Shown: positions 41,207-57,300 of the stretch, one piece after another
Position numbering within the stretch: the stretch's first letter is position 1
How the letters are laid out: each line of letters opens with the position of its first letter
NCBI GenBank assembly: GCA_964016885.1
Contig: OZ024741.1
Span: forward strand, 376,588,001-376,652,000
Reading direction: 5' to 3'
DNA length: 64,000 nucleotides
DNA from: Eledone cirrhosa
Lineage: Eukaryota
Notes under the pieces: model-generated
Databases searched by the model: none
Told to the model about the DNA's origin: nothing
Seen by the model: only the letters and a program-made list of their open reading frames with translations
Made by a program: the position numbers and the translations under genes

Positions 41207-44200
41207 ATTTGATGTTATTCCAAATTGAAGGATAAGTGTTTTAAACTTTATTTTATCATGAGTTAAAGGTCTATTGATTTTTCCCTGGATTTCACTAAAT
41301 TCTGTGGATGAATTTGTATCCTGATTCTCTTTTGAGATGAGTTTGAATTATTTTTCATGAATCTTACGTTAACTACTTTTCCCATCTTGACGTTATAGTC
41401 GCATATATGTTATAGAATACTATTAGCTTCTCGCTAAAACAATCTCTATACCTCTCATTTATACTTATACTCGGATTCTTGTACTAGAGTGCTTAAACTA
41501 TCTGTGACTAATCCTGTTTTTTTTTATAAAAACTGTGATAATTATTGCTATTTGCTGAACTCCTTTTGTAGAGTTTTTTTCAGAATGTATTTGACTGCTA
41601 TTTCTTGTAAATAAACATTCACTTTCATCCTGACGGCACTAGCCCCGTTTTTCCACATGTGTGTTTTCATATTCACGCATGATGGCGAACTAGCCAGTTT
41701 TAGAATTTCCCTTTTCGAATTATAATACTGTGGTAGCCCTGGTTTCTGTTGAGCTCTGCTGACGATTGAAATCCAACCGTGACCATCTCCACTGAAAGTT
41801 TTCATGAAGTAGTCTTTTAAGACTATACAGAGCATTTGATGTTATTCCAAATTGAAGGATAAGTGATTTAAACTTTATTTTATCATGAGTTAAAGGTCTA
41901 TTGATTTTTCCCTGGATTTCACTAAATTCTGTGGATGAATTTGTATCCTGATTCTCTTTTGAGATGAGTTTGAATTATTTTTCCTAAATCTTACGTTAAC
42001 TACTTTTCCCATCTTGACGTTATAGTCGCATATATGTTATATAATACTATTAGCTTCTCGCTAAAACAATCTCTATATCTCTCGTTTATACTTATACTCG
42101 GATTCTTTTCCTAGAGTGCTTAAACTATCTGTGACTAATCCCGTTTTTTTTTATAAAAACTGTGATAATTATTGCTATTTGCTGAACTCCTTTTGTAGAG
42201 TTTTTTTTCAGAATGTATTTGACTGCTATTTCTTGTAAATAAACATTCACGTTCATCTTGACGTCACTAGCCCCGTTTTCCCTCATGTGTGTTTTCATAT
42301 TCACGCATGACGGCGAACTAGCCTGTTTTAGAATTCATTTTTCGGATTATAATACTGTGGTAGCCCTGGTTTCTGTTGAGCTCTGCTGACGATTGAAATC
42401 CAACCGTGACCATCTCCACTCAAAGTTTTCATGAAATAGTCTTTTAAGAATATACAGAGCATTTGATGTTATTCCAAATTGAAGGATAAGTGTTTTAAAC
42501 TTCATTTTATCATGAGTTAAAGGTCTATTGATTTTTCCTTGGATTTCACTAAAATCTGTGGATGAATTTGTATCCTGATTCTCTTTTGAGATGAGTTTGA
42601 ATTATTTTTCCTAAATTTTACGTTAACTACTTTTCCCATCTTGACGTTATAGTCGCATATATGTTATAGAATACTATTAGCTTCTCGCTAAAACAATCTC
42701 TATACCTCTCATTTATACTTATACTCGGATTCTTTTCCTAGAGTGCTTAAACTATCTGTGACTAATCCCGGTTTTTTAATAAAAACTGTGATAATTATTG
42801 CTATTTGCTGAACTCCTTTTGTAGAGTTTTTTTCAGAATGTATTTGAATGCTATTTCTTGTAAATAAACATTCACTTTCATCCTGACGTCACTAGCCCCG
42901 TTTTTCCTCATGTGTGTTTTCATATTCACGCATGATGGCGAACAAGCCAGTTTTAGAATTCCCTTTTCGATTATAATACTGACGTAGCCGTGGTTTCTGT
43001 TGAGCTCTGCTGACTATTGAAATCCAACCGTGACCATCGCCACTGAAAGTGTTCATGAAATAGTCTTTTAAGACTATACAGAGCATTTGATGTTATTCCA
43101 AATTGAAGGATAAGTGTTTTAAACTTTATTTTATCATGAGTTAAAGGTCTATTGATTTTTCCCTGGATTTCACTAAATTATGTGGATGAATTTGTATCCT
43201 GATTCTCTTTTGAGATGAGTTTGAATTATTTTTCATGAATCTTACGTTAACTACTTTTCCCATCTTGACGATATAGTCGCATATATGTTATAGAATACTA
43301 TTAGCTTCTCGCTAAAACAATCTCTATACCTCTCATTTATACTTATACTCGGATTCTTTTACTAGAGTGCTTAAACTATCTGTGACTAATCCTGTTTTTT
43401 TTATAAAAACTGTGATAATTATTGCTATTTGCTGAACTCCTTTTGTAGAGTTTTTTTCAGAATGTATTTGACTGCTATTTCTTGTAAATAAACATTCACT
43501 TTCATCCTGACGGCACTAGCCCCGTTTTTCCGCATGTGTGTTTTCATATTCACGCATAATGGCGAACTAGCCAGTTTTAGAATTTCCTTTTTCGAATTAT
43601 AATACTGTTGTAGCCCTGGTTTCTGATGAGCTCTGCTGACGATTGAAATCCAACCGTGACCATCTCCACTGAAAGTTTTCATGAAGTAGTCTTTTAAGAC
43701 TAAACAGAGCATTTGATGTTATTCCAAATTGAAGAATAAGTGATTTAAACTTTATTTTATCATGAGTTAAAGGTCTATTGATTTTTCCCTGGATTTCACT
43801 AAATTCTGTGGATGAATTTGTATCCTGATTCTCTTTTGAGATGAGTTTGAATTATTTTTCATAAATCTTACGTTAACTACTTTTCCCATCTTGACGTTAT
43901 AGTCGCATATATGTTATAGAATACTATTAGCTTCTCGCTAAAACAATCTCTATACCTCTCATTTATACTTATACTCGGATTCTTTTCCTAGAGTGCTTAA
44001 ACTATCTGTGACTAATCCCGGTTTTTTAATAAAAACTGTGATAATTATTGCTATTTGCTGAACTCCTTTTGTAGAGTTTTTTTCAGAATGTATTTGAATG
44101 CTATTTCCTTGAAATAAACATTCGCTTTCATCCTGACGTCACTAGCCCCGTTTTTCCACATGTGTGTTTTCATATTCACGCATGATGGCGAACTAGCCAG

Positions 44201-47200
44201 TTTTAGAATTCCCTTTTCGGATTATAATACTGTGGTAGCCCTGGTTTCTGTTGAGCTCTGCTGACTATTGAAATCCAACCGTGACCATCGCCACTGAAAG
44301 TGTTCATGAAATAGTCTTTTAAGACTATACAGAGCATTTGATGTTATTCCAAATTGAAGGATAAGTGTTTTAAACTTTATTTTATCATGAGTTAAAGGTC
44401 AATTGATTTTTCCCTGGATTTCACTAAATTATGTGGATGAATTTGTATCCTGATTCTCTTTTGAGATGAGTTTGAATTATTTTTCATGAATCTTACGTTA
44501 ACTACTTTTCCCATCTTGACGATATAGTCGCATATATGTTATAGAATACTATTAGCTTCTCGCTAAAACAATCTCTATACCTCTCATTTATACTTATACT
44601 CGGATTCTTTTACTAGAGTGCTTAAACTATCTGTGACTAATCCTGTTTTTTTTATAAAAACTGTGATAATTATTGCTATTTGCTGAACTCCTTTTGTAGA
44701 GTTTTTTTCAGAATGTATTTGACTGCTATTTCTTGTAAATAAACATTCACTTTCATCCTGACGGCACTAGCCCCGTTTTTCCGCATGTGTGTTTTCATAT
44801 TCACGCATGATGGCGAACTAGCCAGTTTTAGAATTTCCTTTTTCGAATTATAATACTGTTGTAGCCCTGGTTTCTGATGAGCTCTGCTGACGATTGAAAT
44901 CCAACCGTGACCATCTCCACTGAAAGTTTTCATGAAGTAGTCTTTTAAGACTATACAGAGCATTTGATGTTATTCCAAATTGAAGGATAAGTGATTTAAA
45001 CTTTATTTTATCATGAGTTAAAGGTCTATTGATTTTTCCCTGGATTTCACTAAATTCTGTGGATGAATTTGTATCCTGATTCTCTTTTGAGATGAGTTTG
45101 AATTATTTTTCATAAATCTTACGTTAACTACTTTTCCCATCTTGACGTTATAGTCGCATATATGTTATAGAATACTATTAGCTTCTCGCTAAAACAATCT
45201 CTATACCTCTCATTTATACTTATACTCGGATTCTTTTCCTAGAGTGCTTAAACTATCTGTGACTAATCCCGGTTTTTTTATAAAAACTGTGATAATTATT
45301 GCTATTTGCTGAACTCCTTTTGTAGAGTTTTTTTCAGAATGTATTTGAATGCTATTTCCTTGAAATAAACATTCGCTTTCATCCTGATGTCACTAGCCCC
45401 GTTTTTCCACATGTGTGTTTTCATATTCACGCATGATGGCGAACTAGCCAGTTTTAGAATTCCCTTTTCGGATTATAATACTGTGGTAGCCCTGGTATCT
45501 GTTGAGCTCTGCTGACTATTGAAATCCAACCGTGACCATCTCCACTGAAAGTGTTCATGAAATAGTCTTTTAAGAATATACAGAGCATTTGATGTTATTC
45601 CAAATTGAAGGATAAGTGTTTTAAACTTTCTTTTATCATGAGTTAAAGGTCTATTGATTTTTCCCTGGATTTCACTAAATTCTGTGGTTGAATTAGTATC
45701 CTGATTCTCTTTTGAGATGAGTTTGAATTATTTTTCATGAATCTTACGTTAACTACTTTTCCCATCTTGACGTTATAGTCGCATATATGTTATAGAATAC
45801 TATTAGCTTCTCGCTAAAACAATCTCTATACCTCACATTTATACTTATACTCGGATTCTTTTCCTAGAGTGCTTAAACTATCTGTGACTAATCCCGGTTT
45901 TTTAATAAAAACTGTGATAACTATTGCTATTTGCTGAACTCCTTTTGTAGAGTTTTTTTCAGAATGTATTTGAATGCTATTTCTTGTAAATAAACATTCA
46001 CTTTCATCCTGACGTCACTAGCCCCGTTTTTCCTCATGTGTGTTTTCATATTCACGCATGATGTCGAACAAGCCAGTTTTAGAATTCCCTTTTCGATTAT
46101 AATACTGACGTAGCCGTGGTTTCTGTTGAGCTCTGCTGACGATTGAAATCCAACCGTGACCATCGCCACTGAAAGTTTTCATGAAATAGACTTTTCAGAA
46201 TATGCAGAGCATTTGATGTTATTCCAAATTGAATGATAAGTGTTTTAAACTTTATTTTATCATGAGTTAAAGGTCTATTGATTTTTCCCTGGATTTCACT
46301 AAATTCTGTGGATGAATTTGTATCCTGATTCTCTTTTGAGATGAGTTTGAATTATTTTTCCTAAATCTTACGTTAACTACTTTTCCCATCTTGACGTTAT
46401 AGTCGCATATATGTTATATAATACTATTAGATTCTCGCTAAAACAATCTCTATACCTCTCATTTATACTTATACTCGGATTATTTTCCTAGAGTGCTTAA
46501 ACTATCTGTGACTAATCCCGTTTTTTTAAATAAAAACTGATAATTATTGCTATTTGCTGAACTCCTTTTGTAGAGTTTTTTTCAAAATGTATTTGACTGC
46601 TATTTCTTGTAAATAAACATTCACTTTCATCCTGACGTCACTAGCCCCGTTTTTCCTCATGTGTGTTTTCATATTCACGCATGATGGCGAACTAGCCAGT
46701 TTTAGAATTCCCTTTTCGGATTATAATACTGTGGTAGCCCTGGTTTCTGTTGAGCTCTGCTGACTATTGAAATCCAACCGTGACCATCTCCACTGAAAGT
46801 GTTCATGAAATAGTCTTTTAAGAATATACAGAGCATTTGATGTTATTCCAAATTGAAGGATAAGTGTTTTAAACTTTCTTTTATCATGAGTTAAAGGTCT
46901 ATTGATTTTTCCCTGGATTTCACTAAATTCTGTGGATGAATTTGTATCCTGATTCTCTTTTGAGATGAGTTTGAATTATTTTTCCTAAATCTTACGTTAA
47001 CTACTTTTCCCATCTTGACGTTATAGTCGCATATATGTTATATAATACTATTAGATTCTCGCTAAAACAATCTCTATACCTCTCATTTATACTTATACTC
47101 GGATTATTTTCCTAGAGTGCTTAAACTATCTGTGACTAATCCCGTTTTTTTAAATAAAAACTGATAATTATTGCTATTTGCTGAACTCCTTTTGTAGTGT

Positions 47201-50200
47201 TTTTTTCAAAATGTATTTGACTGCTATTTCTTGTAAATAAACATTCACTTTCATCCTGACGTCACTAGCCCCGTTTTTCCTCATGTGTGTTTTCATATTC
47301 ACGCATGATGGCGAACTAGCCAGTTTTAGAATTCCCTTTTCGGATTATAATACTGTGGTAGCCCTGGTTTCTGTTGAGCTCTGCTGACTATTGAAATCCA
47401 ACCGTGACCATCTCCACTGAAAGTGTTCATGAAATAGTCTTTTAAGAATATACAGAGCATTTGATGTTATTCCAAATTGAAGGATAAGTGTTTTAAACTT
47501 TCTTTTATCATGAGTTAAAGGTCTATTGATTTTTCCCTGGATTTCACTAAATTCTGTGGTTGAATTTGTATCCTGATTCTCTTTTGAGATGAGTTTGAAT
47601 TATTTTTCATAAATCTTACGTTAACTACTTTTCCCATCTTGACGTTATAGTCGCATATATGTTATAGAATACTATTAGCTTCTCGCTAAAACAATCTCTA
47701 TACCTCACATTTATACTTATACTCGGATTCTTTTCCTAGAGTTCTTAAACTATCTGTGACTAATCCCGGTTTTTTAATAAAAACTGTGATAACTATTGCT
47801 ATTTGCTGAACTCCTTTTGTAGAGTTTTTTTCAGAATGTATTTGAATGCTATTTCTTGTAAATAAACATTCACTTTCATCCTGACGTCACTAGCCCCGTT
47901 TTTCCTCATGTGTGTTTTCAGATTCACGCATGATGGCGAACAAGCCAGTTTTAGAATTCCCTTTTCGATTATAATACTGACGTAGCCGTGGTTTCGGTTG
48001 AGCTCTGCTGACGATTGAAATCCAACCGTGACCGTGGCCACTGAAAGTTTTCATGAAATAGTCTTTTAAGACTATGCAGAGCATTTGATGTTATTCCAAA
48101 TTGAAGGATAAGTGTTTTAAACTTTATTTTATCATGAGTTAAAGGTCTATTGATTTTACCGTGGATTTCACTAAATTCTGTGGATGAATTTGTATCCTGA
48201 TTCTCTTTTGAGATGAGTTTGAATTATTTTTCCTAAATCTTACGTTAACTACTTTTCCCATCTTGACGTTATAGTCGCATATATGTTATATAATACTATT
48301 AGATTCTCGCTAAAACAATCTCTATACCTCTCATTTATACTTATACTCAGATTCTTTTCCTAGAGTGCTTAAACTATCTGTGACTAATCCCGTTTTTTTA
48401 AATAAAAACTGATAATTATTGCTATTTGCTGAACTCCTTTTGTAGAGTTTTTTTCAAAATGTATTTGACTGCTATTTCTTGTAAATAAACATTCACTTTC
48501 ATCCTGACGTCACTAGCCCCGTTTTTCCTCATGTGTGTTTTCATATTCACGCATGATGGCGAACTAGCCAGTTTTAGAATTCCCTTTTCGGATTATAATA
48601 CTGTGGTAGCCCTGGTTTCTGTTGAGCTCTGCTGACTATTGAAATCCAACCGTGACCATCTCCACTGAAAGTGTTCATGAAATAGTCTTTTAAGAATATA
48701 CAGAGCATTTGATGTTATTCCAAATTGAAGGATAAGTGTTTTAAACTTTCTTTTATCATGAGTTAAAGGTCTATTGATTTTTCCCTGGATTTCACTAAAT
48801 TCTGTGGATGAATTTGTATCCTGATTCTCTTTTGACATGAGTTTGAATTATTTTTCCTAAATCTTACGTTAACTACTTTTCCCATCTTGACGTTATAGTC
48901 GCATATATATAATATAATACTATTAGATTCTCGCTAAAACAATCTCTATACCTCTCATTTATACTTATACTCGGATTATTTTCCTAGAGTGCTTAAACTA
49001 TCTGTGACTAATCCCGTTTTTTTAAATAAAAACTGATAATTATTGCTATTTGCTGAACTCCTTTTGTAGTGTTTTTTTCAAAATGTATTTGACTGCTATT
49101 TCTTGTAAATAAACATTCACTTTCATCCTGACGACACTAGCCCCGTTTTTCCTCATGTGTGTTTTCATATTCACGCATGATGGCGAACTAGCCAGTTTTA
49201 GAATTCCCTTTTCGGATTATAATACTGTGGTAGCCCTGGTTTCTGTTGAGCTCTGCTGACTATTGAAATCCAACCGTGACCATCTCCACTGAAAGTGTTC
49301 ATGAAATAGTCTTTTAAGAATATACAGAGCATTTGATGTTATTCCAAATTGAAGGATAAGTGTTTTAAACTTTCTTTTATCATGAGTTAAAGGTCTATTG
49401 ATTTTTCCCTGGATTTCACTAAATTCTGTGGTTGAATTTGTATCCTGATTCTCTTTTGAGATGAGTTTGAATTATTTTTCATAAATCTTACGTTAACTAC
49501 TTTTCCCATCTTGACGTTATAGTCGCATATATGTTATAGAATACTATTAGCTTCTCGCTAAAACAATCTCTATACCTCACATTTATACTTATACTCGGAT
49601 TCTTTTCCTAGAGTTCTTAAACTATCTGTGACTAATCCCGGTTTTTTAATAAAAACTGTGATAACTATTGCTATTTGCTGAACTCCTTTTGTAGAGTTTT
49701 TTTCAGAATGTATTTGAATGCTATTTCTTGTAAATAAACATTCACTTTCATCCTGACGTCACTAGCCCCGTTTTTCCTCATGTGTGTTTTCAGATTCACG
49801 CATGATGGCGAACAAGCCAGTTTTAGAATTCCCTTTTCGATTATAATACTGACGTAGCCGTGGTTTCGGTTGAGCTCTGCTGACGATTGAAATCCAACCG
49901 TGACCGTGGCCACTGAAAGTTTTCATGAAATAGTCTTTTAAGACTATGCAGAGCATTTGATGTTATTCCAAATTGAAGGATAAGTGTTTTAAACTTTATT
50001 TTATCATGAGTTAAAGGTCTATTGATTTTACCGTGGATTTCACTAAATTCTGTGGATGAATTTGTATCCTGATTCTCTTTTGAGATGAGTTTGAATTATT
50101 TTTCCTAAATCTTACGTTAACTACTTTTCCCATCTTGACGTTATAGTCGCATATATGTTATATAATACTATTAGATTCTCGCTAAAACAATCTCTATACC

Positions 50201-52994
50201 TCTCATTTATACTTATACTCAGATTCTTTTCCTAGAGTGCTTAAACTATCTGTGACTAATCCCGCTTTTTTAAATAAAAACTGATAATTATTGCTATTTG
50301 CTGAACTCCTTTTGTAGAGTTTTTTTCAAAATGTATTTGACTGCTATTTCTTGTAAATAAACATTCACTTTCATTCTGACGTCACTAGCCCCCTTTTTCC
50401 TCATGTGTGTTTTCATATTCACGCATGATGGCGAACTAGCCAGTTTTAGAATTCCCTTTTCGGATTATAATACTGTGGTAGCCCTGGTTTCTGTTGAGCT
50501 CTGCTGACTATTGAAATCCAACCGTGACCATCTCCACTGAAAGTGTTCATGAAATAGTCTTTTAAGAATATACAGAGCATTTGATGTTATTCCAAATTGA
50601 AGGATAAGTGTTTTAAACTTTCTTTTATCATGAGTTAAAGGTCTATTGATTTTTCCCTGGATTTCACTAAATTCTGTGGTTAAATTTGTATCCTGATTCT
50701 CTTTTGAGATGAGTTTGAATTATTTTTCATAAATCTTACGTTAACTACTTTTCCCATCTTGACGTTATAGTCGCATATATGTTATAGAATACTATTAGCT
50801 TCTCGCTAAAACAATCTCTATACCTCACATTTATACTTATACTCGGATTCTTTTCCTAGAGTGCTTAAACTATCTGTGACTAATCCCGGTTTTTTAATAA
50901 AAACTGTGATAACTATTGCTATTTGCTGAACTCCATTTGTAGAGTTTTTTTCAGAATGTATTTGAATGCTATTTCTTGTAAATAAACATTCACTTTCATC
51001 CTGACGTCACTAGCCCCGTTTTTCCTCATGTGTGTTTTCATATTCACGCATGATGGCGAACTAGCCAGTTTTAGAATTCCCTTTTCGGATTATAATACTG
51101 TCGTAGCCCTGGTTTCTGTTGAGCTCTGCTGACTATTGAAATCCAACCGTGACCATCTCCACTGAAAGTGTTCATGAAATAGTCTTTTAAGAATATACAG
51201 AGCATTTTATGTTATTCCAAATTGAAGGATAAGTGTTTTAAACTTTATTTTATCATGAGTTAAAGGTCTATTGATTTTACCCTGGATTTCACTAAATTCT
51301 GTGGATGAATTTGTATCCTGATTCTCTTTTGAGATGAGTTTGAATTATTTTTCCTAAATCTTACGTTAACTACTTTTCCCATCTTGACGTTATAGTCGCA
51401 TATATGTTATATAATACTATTAGATTCTCGCTAAAACAATCTCTATACCTCTCATTTATACTTATACTCGGATTCTTTTCCTAGAGTGCTTAAACTATCT
51501 GTGACTAATCCCGGTTTTTTAATAAAAACTGTGATAACTATTGCTATTTGCTGAACTCCTTCTGTAGAGTTTTTTTCAGAATGTATTTGAATGCTATTTC
51601 TTGTAAATAAACATTCACTTTCATCCTGACGTCACTAGCCCCGTTATTCCTCATGTGTGTTTTCATATTCACGCATGATGGCGAACAAGCCAGTTTTAGA
51701 ATTCCCTTTTCGATTATAGTACTGACGTAGCCGTGGTTTCTGTTGAGCTCTGCTGACGATTGAAATCCAACCGTGACCATCGCCACTGAAAGTTTTCATG
51801 AAATAGTCTTTTAAGACTATGCAGAGCATTTGATGTTATTCCAAATTGAAGGACAAGTGTTTTAAACTTTATTTTATCATGAGTTAAAGGTCTATTGATT
51901 TTACCGTGGATTTCACTAAATTCTGTGGATGAATTTGTATCCTGATTCTCTTTTGAGATGAGTTTGAATTATTTTTCCTAAATCTTACGTTAACTACTTT
52001 TCCCATCTTGACGTTATAGTCGCATATATGTTATATAACACTATTAGATTCTCGCTAAAACAATCTCTATACCTCTCATTTATACTTATACTCGGATTCT
52101 TTTCCTAGAGTGCTTAAACTATCTGTGACTAATCCCGCTTTTTTAAATAAAAACTGATAATTATTGCTATTTGCTGAACTCCTTTTGTAGAGTTTTTTTC
52201 AAAATGTATTTGACTGCTATTTCTTGTAAATAAACATTCACTTTCATCCTGACGTCACTAGCCCCGTTTTTCCTCATGTGTGTTTTCATATTCACGCATG
52301 ATGGCGAACTAGCCAGTTTTAGAATTCCCTTTTCGGATTATAATACTGTGGTAGCCCTGGTTTCTGTTGAGCTCTGCTGACTATTGAAATCCAACCGTGA
52401 CCATCTCCACTGAAAGTGTTCATGAAATAGTCTTTTAAGAATATACAGAGCATTTTATGTTATTCCAAATTGAAGGATAAGTGTTTTAAACTTTCTTTTA
52501 TCATGAGTTAAAGGTCTATTGATTTTTCCCTGGATGTCACTAAATTCTGTGGTTGAATTTGTATCCTGATTCTCTTTTGAGATGAGTTTGAATTATTTTT
52601 CATAAATCTTACGTTAACTACTTTTCCCATCTTGACGTTATAGTCGCATATATGTTATAGAATACTATTAGCTTCTCGCTAAAACAATCTCTATACCTCA
52701 CATTTATACTTATACTCGGATTCTTTTCCTAGAGTGCTTAAACTATCTGTGACTAATCCCGGTTTTTTAATAAAAACTGTGATAACTATTGCTATTTGCT
52801 GAACTCCATTTGTAGAGTTTTTTTTAGAATGTATTTGAATGCTATTTCTTGTAAATAAACATTCACTTTCATCCTGACGTCACTAGCCCCGTTTTTCCTC
52901 ATGTGTGTTTTCATATTCACGCATGATGGCGAACAAGCCAGTTTTAGAATTCCCTTTTCGATTATAATACTGACGTAGCCGTGGTTTCTGTTGA

Positions 52995-53075
52995 GCTCTG
53001 CTGACGATTGAAATCCAACCGTGACCATCGCCACTGAAAGTTTTCATGAAATAGTCTTTTAAGACTATACAGAGC
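52995..53075 (+). ncRNA. type I hammerhead ribozyme, intact satellite copy
   Basis: Stem I gctctg/cagagc, CTGACGA 53001-07, stem II tgaaa/tttca, GAAA 53048-51, stem III tagtct/agacta, AUA cleavage after 53069. Confidence 0.78.
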
Positions 53076-54242
53076 ATTTGATGTTATTCCAAATTGAAGG
53101 ATAAGTGTTTTAAACTTTATTTTATCATGAGTTAAAGGTCTATTGATTTTACCCTGGATTTCACTAAATTCTGTGGATGAATTTGTATCCTGATTCTCTT
53201 TTGAGATGAGTTTGAATTATTTTTCCTAAATCTTACGTTAACTACTTTTCCCATCTTGACGTTATAGTCGCATATATGTTATATAATGCTATTAGATTCT
53301 CGCTAAAACAATCTCTATACCTCTCATTTATACTTATACTCGGATTCTTTTCCTAGAGTGCTTAAACTATCTGTGACTAATCCCGTTTTTTTAAATAAAA
53401 ACTGATAATTATTGCTATTTGCTGAACTCCTTTTGTAGAGTTTTTTTCAAAATGTATTTGACTGCTATTTCTTGTAAATAAACATTCACTTTCATCCTGA
53501 CGTCACTAGCCCCGTTTTTCCTCATGTGTGTTTTCATATTCACGCATGATGGCGAACTAGCCAGTTTTAGAATTCCCTTTTCGGATTATAATACTGTGGT
53601 AGCCCTGGTTTCTGTTGAGCTCTGCTGACTATTGAAATCCAACCGTGACCATCTCCACTGAAAGTGTTCATGAAATAGTCTTTTAAGAATATACAGAGCA
53701 TTTGATGTTATTCCAAATTGAAGGATAAGTGATTTAAACTTTCTTTTATCATGAGTTAAAGGTCTATTGATTTTTCCATGGATTTCACTAAATTCTGTGG
53801 ATGAATTTGTATCCTGATTCTCTTTTGAGATGAGCTTGAATTATTTTTCATAAATCTTACGTTAACTACTTTTCCCATCTTGACGTTATAGTCGCATATA
53901 TGTTATAGAATACTATTAGCTTCTCGCTAAAACAATCTCTATACCTCTCATTTATACTTATACTCGGATTCTTTTCCTAGAGTGCTTAAACTATCTGTGA
54001 CTAATCCCGGTTTTTTAATAAAAACTGTGATAACTATTGCTATTTGCTGAACTCCTATTGTAGAGTTTTTTTCAGAATGTATTTGAATGCTATTTCTTGA
54101 AAATGAACATTCACTTTCATCCTGACGTCACTAGCCCCGTTTTTCCTCATGTGTGTTTTCATATTCACGCATGATGGCGAACAAGCCAGTTTTAGAATTC
54201 CCTTTTCGATTATAATACTGACGTAGCCCTGGTTTCTGTTGA

Positions 54243-54323
54243 GCTCTGCTGACGATTGAAATCCAACCGTGACCATCGCCACTGAAAGTTTTCATGAAAT
54301 AGTCTTTTAAGACTATACAGAGC
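54243..54323 (+). ncRNA. type I hammerhead ribozyme, intact satellite copy
   Basis: Same fold as 52995; predicted cut after 54317. Confidence 0.78.
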
Positions 54324-57300
54324 ATTTGATGTTATTCCAAATTGAAGGATAAGTGTTTTAAACTTTATTTTATCATGAGTTAAAGGTCTATTGATTTTAC
54401 CCTGGATTTCACTAAATTCTGTGGATGAAATTGTATCCTGATTCTCTTTTGAGATGAGTTTGAATTATTTTTCCTAAATCTTACGTTAACTACTTATCCC
54501 ATCTTGACGTTATAGTCGCATATATGTTATATAATACTATTAGCTTCTCGCTAAAACAATCTCTATACCTCTCATTTATACTTATACTCGGATTCTTTTC
54601 CTAGAGTGCTTAAACTATCTGTGACTAATCACGTTTTTTTAAATAAAAACTGATAATTATTGCTATTTGCAGAACTCCTTTTGTGGAGTTTTTTTCAAAA
54701 TGTATTTGACTGCTATTTCTTGTAAATAAACATTCACTTTCATCCTGACGTCACTAGCCCCGTTTTTCCTCATGTGTGTTTTCATATTCACGCATGATGG
54801 CGAACTAGCCAGTTTTAGAATTTCCCTTTTCGCATTATAATACTGTGGTAGCCCTGGTTTCTGTTGAGCTCTGCTGACGATTGAAATCCAACCGTGACCA
54901 TCTCCACTGAAAGTTTTCATGAAGTAGTCTTTTAAGACTATACAGAGCATTTTATGTTATTCCAAATTGAAGGATAAGTGATTTAAACTTTATTTTATCA
55001 TGAGTTAAAGGTCTATTGATTTTACCCTTGATTTCACTAAATTCTGTGGATGAATTTGTATCCTGATTCTCTTTTGAGATGAGTTTGAATTATTTTTCCT
55101 TAATCTTACGTTAACTACTTTTCCCATCTTGACGTTATAGTCGCATATATGTTATATAATACTATTAGATTCTCGCTAAAACAATCTCTATACCTCTCAT
55201 TTATACTTATACTCGGATTCTTTTCCTAGAGTGCTTAAACTATCTGTGACTAATCCCGGTTTTTTAATAAAAACTGTGATAACTATTGCTATTTGCTGAA
55301 CTCCTTCTGTAGAGTTTTTTTCAGAATGTATTTGAATGCTATTTCTTGTAAATAAACATTCACTTTCATCCTGACGTCACTAGCCCCGTTATTCCTCATG
55401 TGTGTTTTCATATTCACGCATGATGGCGAACAAGCCAGTTTTAGAATTCCCTTTTCGATTATAATACTGACGTAGCCGTGGTTTCTGTTGAGCTCTGCTG
55501 ATGATTGAAATCCAACCGTGACCATCGCCACTGAAAGTTTTCATGAAAGAGTCTTTTAAGACTATGCAGAGCATTTGATGTTATTCCAAATTGAAGGACA
55601 AGTGTTTTAAACTTTATTTTATCATGAGTTAAAGGTCTATTGATTTTACCGTGGATTTCACAAAATTCTGTGGATGAATTTGTATCCTGATTCTCTTTTG
55701 AGATGAGTTTGAATTATTTTTCCTAAATCTTACGTTAACTACTTTTCCCATCTTGACGTTATAGTCGCATATATGTTATATAACACTATTAGATTCTCGC
55801 TAAAACAATCTCTATACCTCTCATTTATACTTATACTCGGATTCTTTTCCTAGAGTGCTTAAACTATCTGTGACTAATCCCGCTTTTTTAAATAAAAACT
55901 GATAATTATTGCTATTTGCTGAACTCCTTTTGTAGAGTTTTTTTCAAAATGTATTTGACTGCTATTTCTTGTAAATAAACATTCACTTTCATCCTGACGT
56001 CACTAGCCCCGTTTTTCCTCATGTGTGTTTTCATATTCACGCATGATGGCGAACTAGCCAGTTTTAGAATTCCCTTTTCGGATTATAATACTGTGGTAGC
56101 CCTGGTTTCTGTTGAACTCTGCTGACTATTGAAATCCAACCGTGACCATCTCCACTGAAAGTGTTCATGAAATAGTCTTTTAAGAATATACAGAGCATTT
56201 TATGTTATTCCAAATTGAAGGATAAGTGTTTTAAACTTTCTTTTATCATGAGTTAAAGGTCTATTGATTTTTCCCTGGATTTCACTAAATTCTGTGGTTG
56301 AATTTGTATCCTGATTCTCTTTTGAGATGAGTCTGAATTATTTTTCATAAATCTTACGTTAACTACTTTTCCCATCTTGACGTTATAGTCGCATATATGT
56401 TATAGAATACTATTAGCTTCTCGCTAAAACAATCTCTATACCTCACATTTATACTTATACTCGGATTCTTTTCCTAGAGTGCTTAAACTATCTGTGACTA
56501 ATCCCGGTTTTTTAATAAAAACTGTGATAACTATTGCTATTTGCTGAACTCCATTTGTAGAGTTTTTTTTAGAATGTATTTGAATGCTATTTCTTGTAAA
56601 TAAACATTCACTTTCATCCTGACGTCACTAGCCCCGTTTTTCCTCATGTGTGTTTTCATATTCACGCATGATGGCGAACAAGCCAGTTTTAGAATTCCCT
56701 TTTCGATTATAATACTGACGTAGCCCTGGTTTCTGTTGAGATCTGCTGACGATTGAAATCCGACCGTGACCATCTCCACTGAAAGTTTTCATGAAGTAGT
56801 CTTTTAAGAATATACAGAGCATTTGATGTTATTCCAAATTGAAGGATAAGTGATTTAAACTTTATTTTATCATGAGTTAAAGGTCTATTGATTTTTCCCT
56901 TGATTTCACTAAATTCTGTGGATGAATTTGTATCCTGATTCTCTTTTGAGATGAGTTTGAATTATTTTTCCTAAATCTTACGTTAACTACTTTTCCCATC
57001 TTGACGTTATAGCCACATATATGTTATATAATACTATTAGCTTCTCGCTAAAACAATCTCTATACCTCTCATTTATACTTATACTCGGATTCTTTTCCTA
57101 GAGTGCTTAAACTATCTGTGACTAATCCCGGTTTTTTTAATAAATACTGTGATAATTATTGCTATTTGCTGAACTACTTTCGTAGAGTTTTTTTCAGAAT
57201 GTATTTGACTGCAATTTCTTGTAAATAAACATTCACTTTCATCCTGACGTCACGAGCCCCGTTTTTCCTCATGTGTGTTTTCAAATTCACGCATGATGGC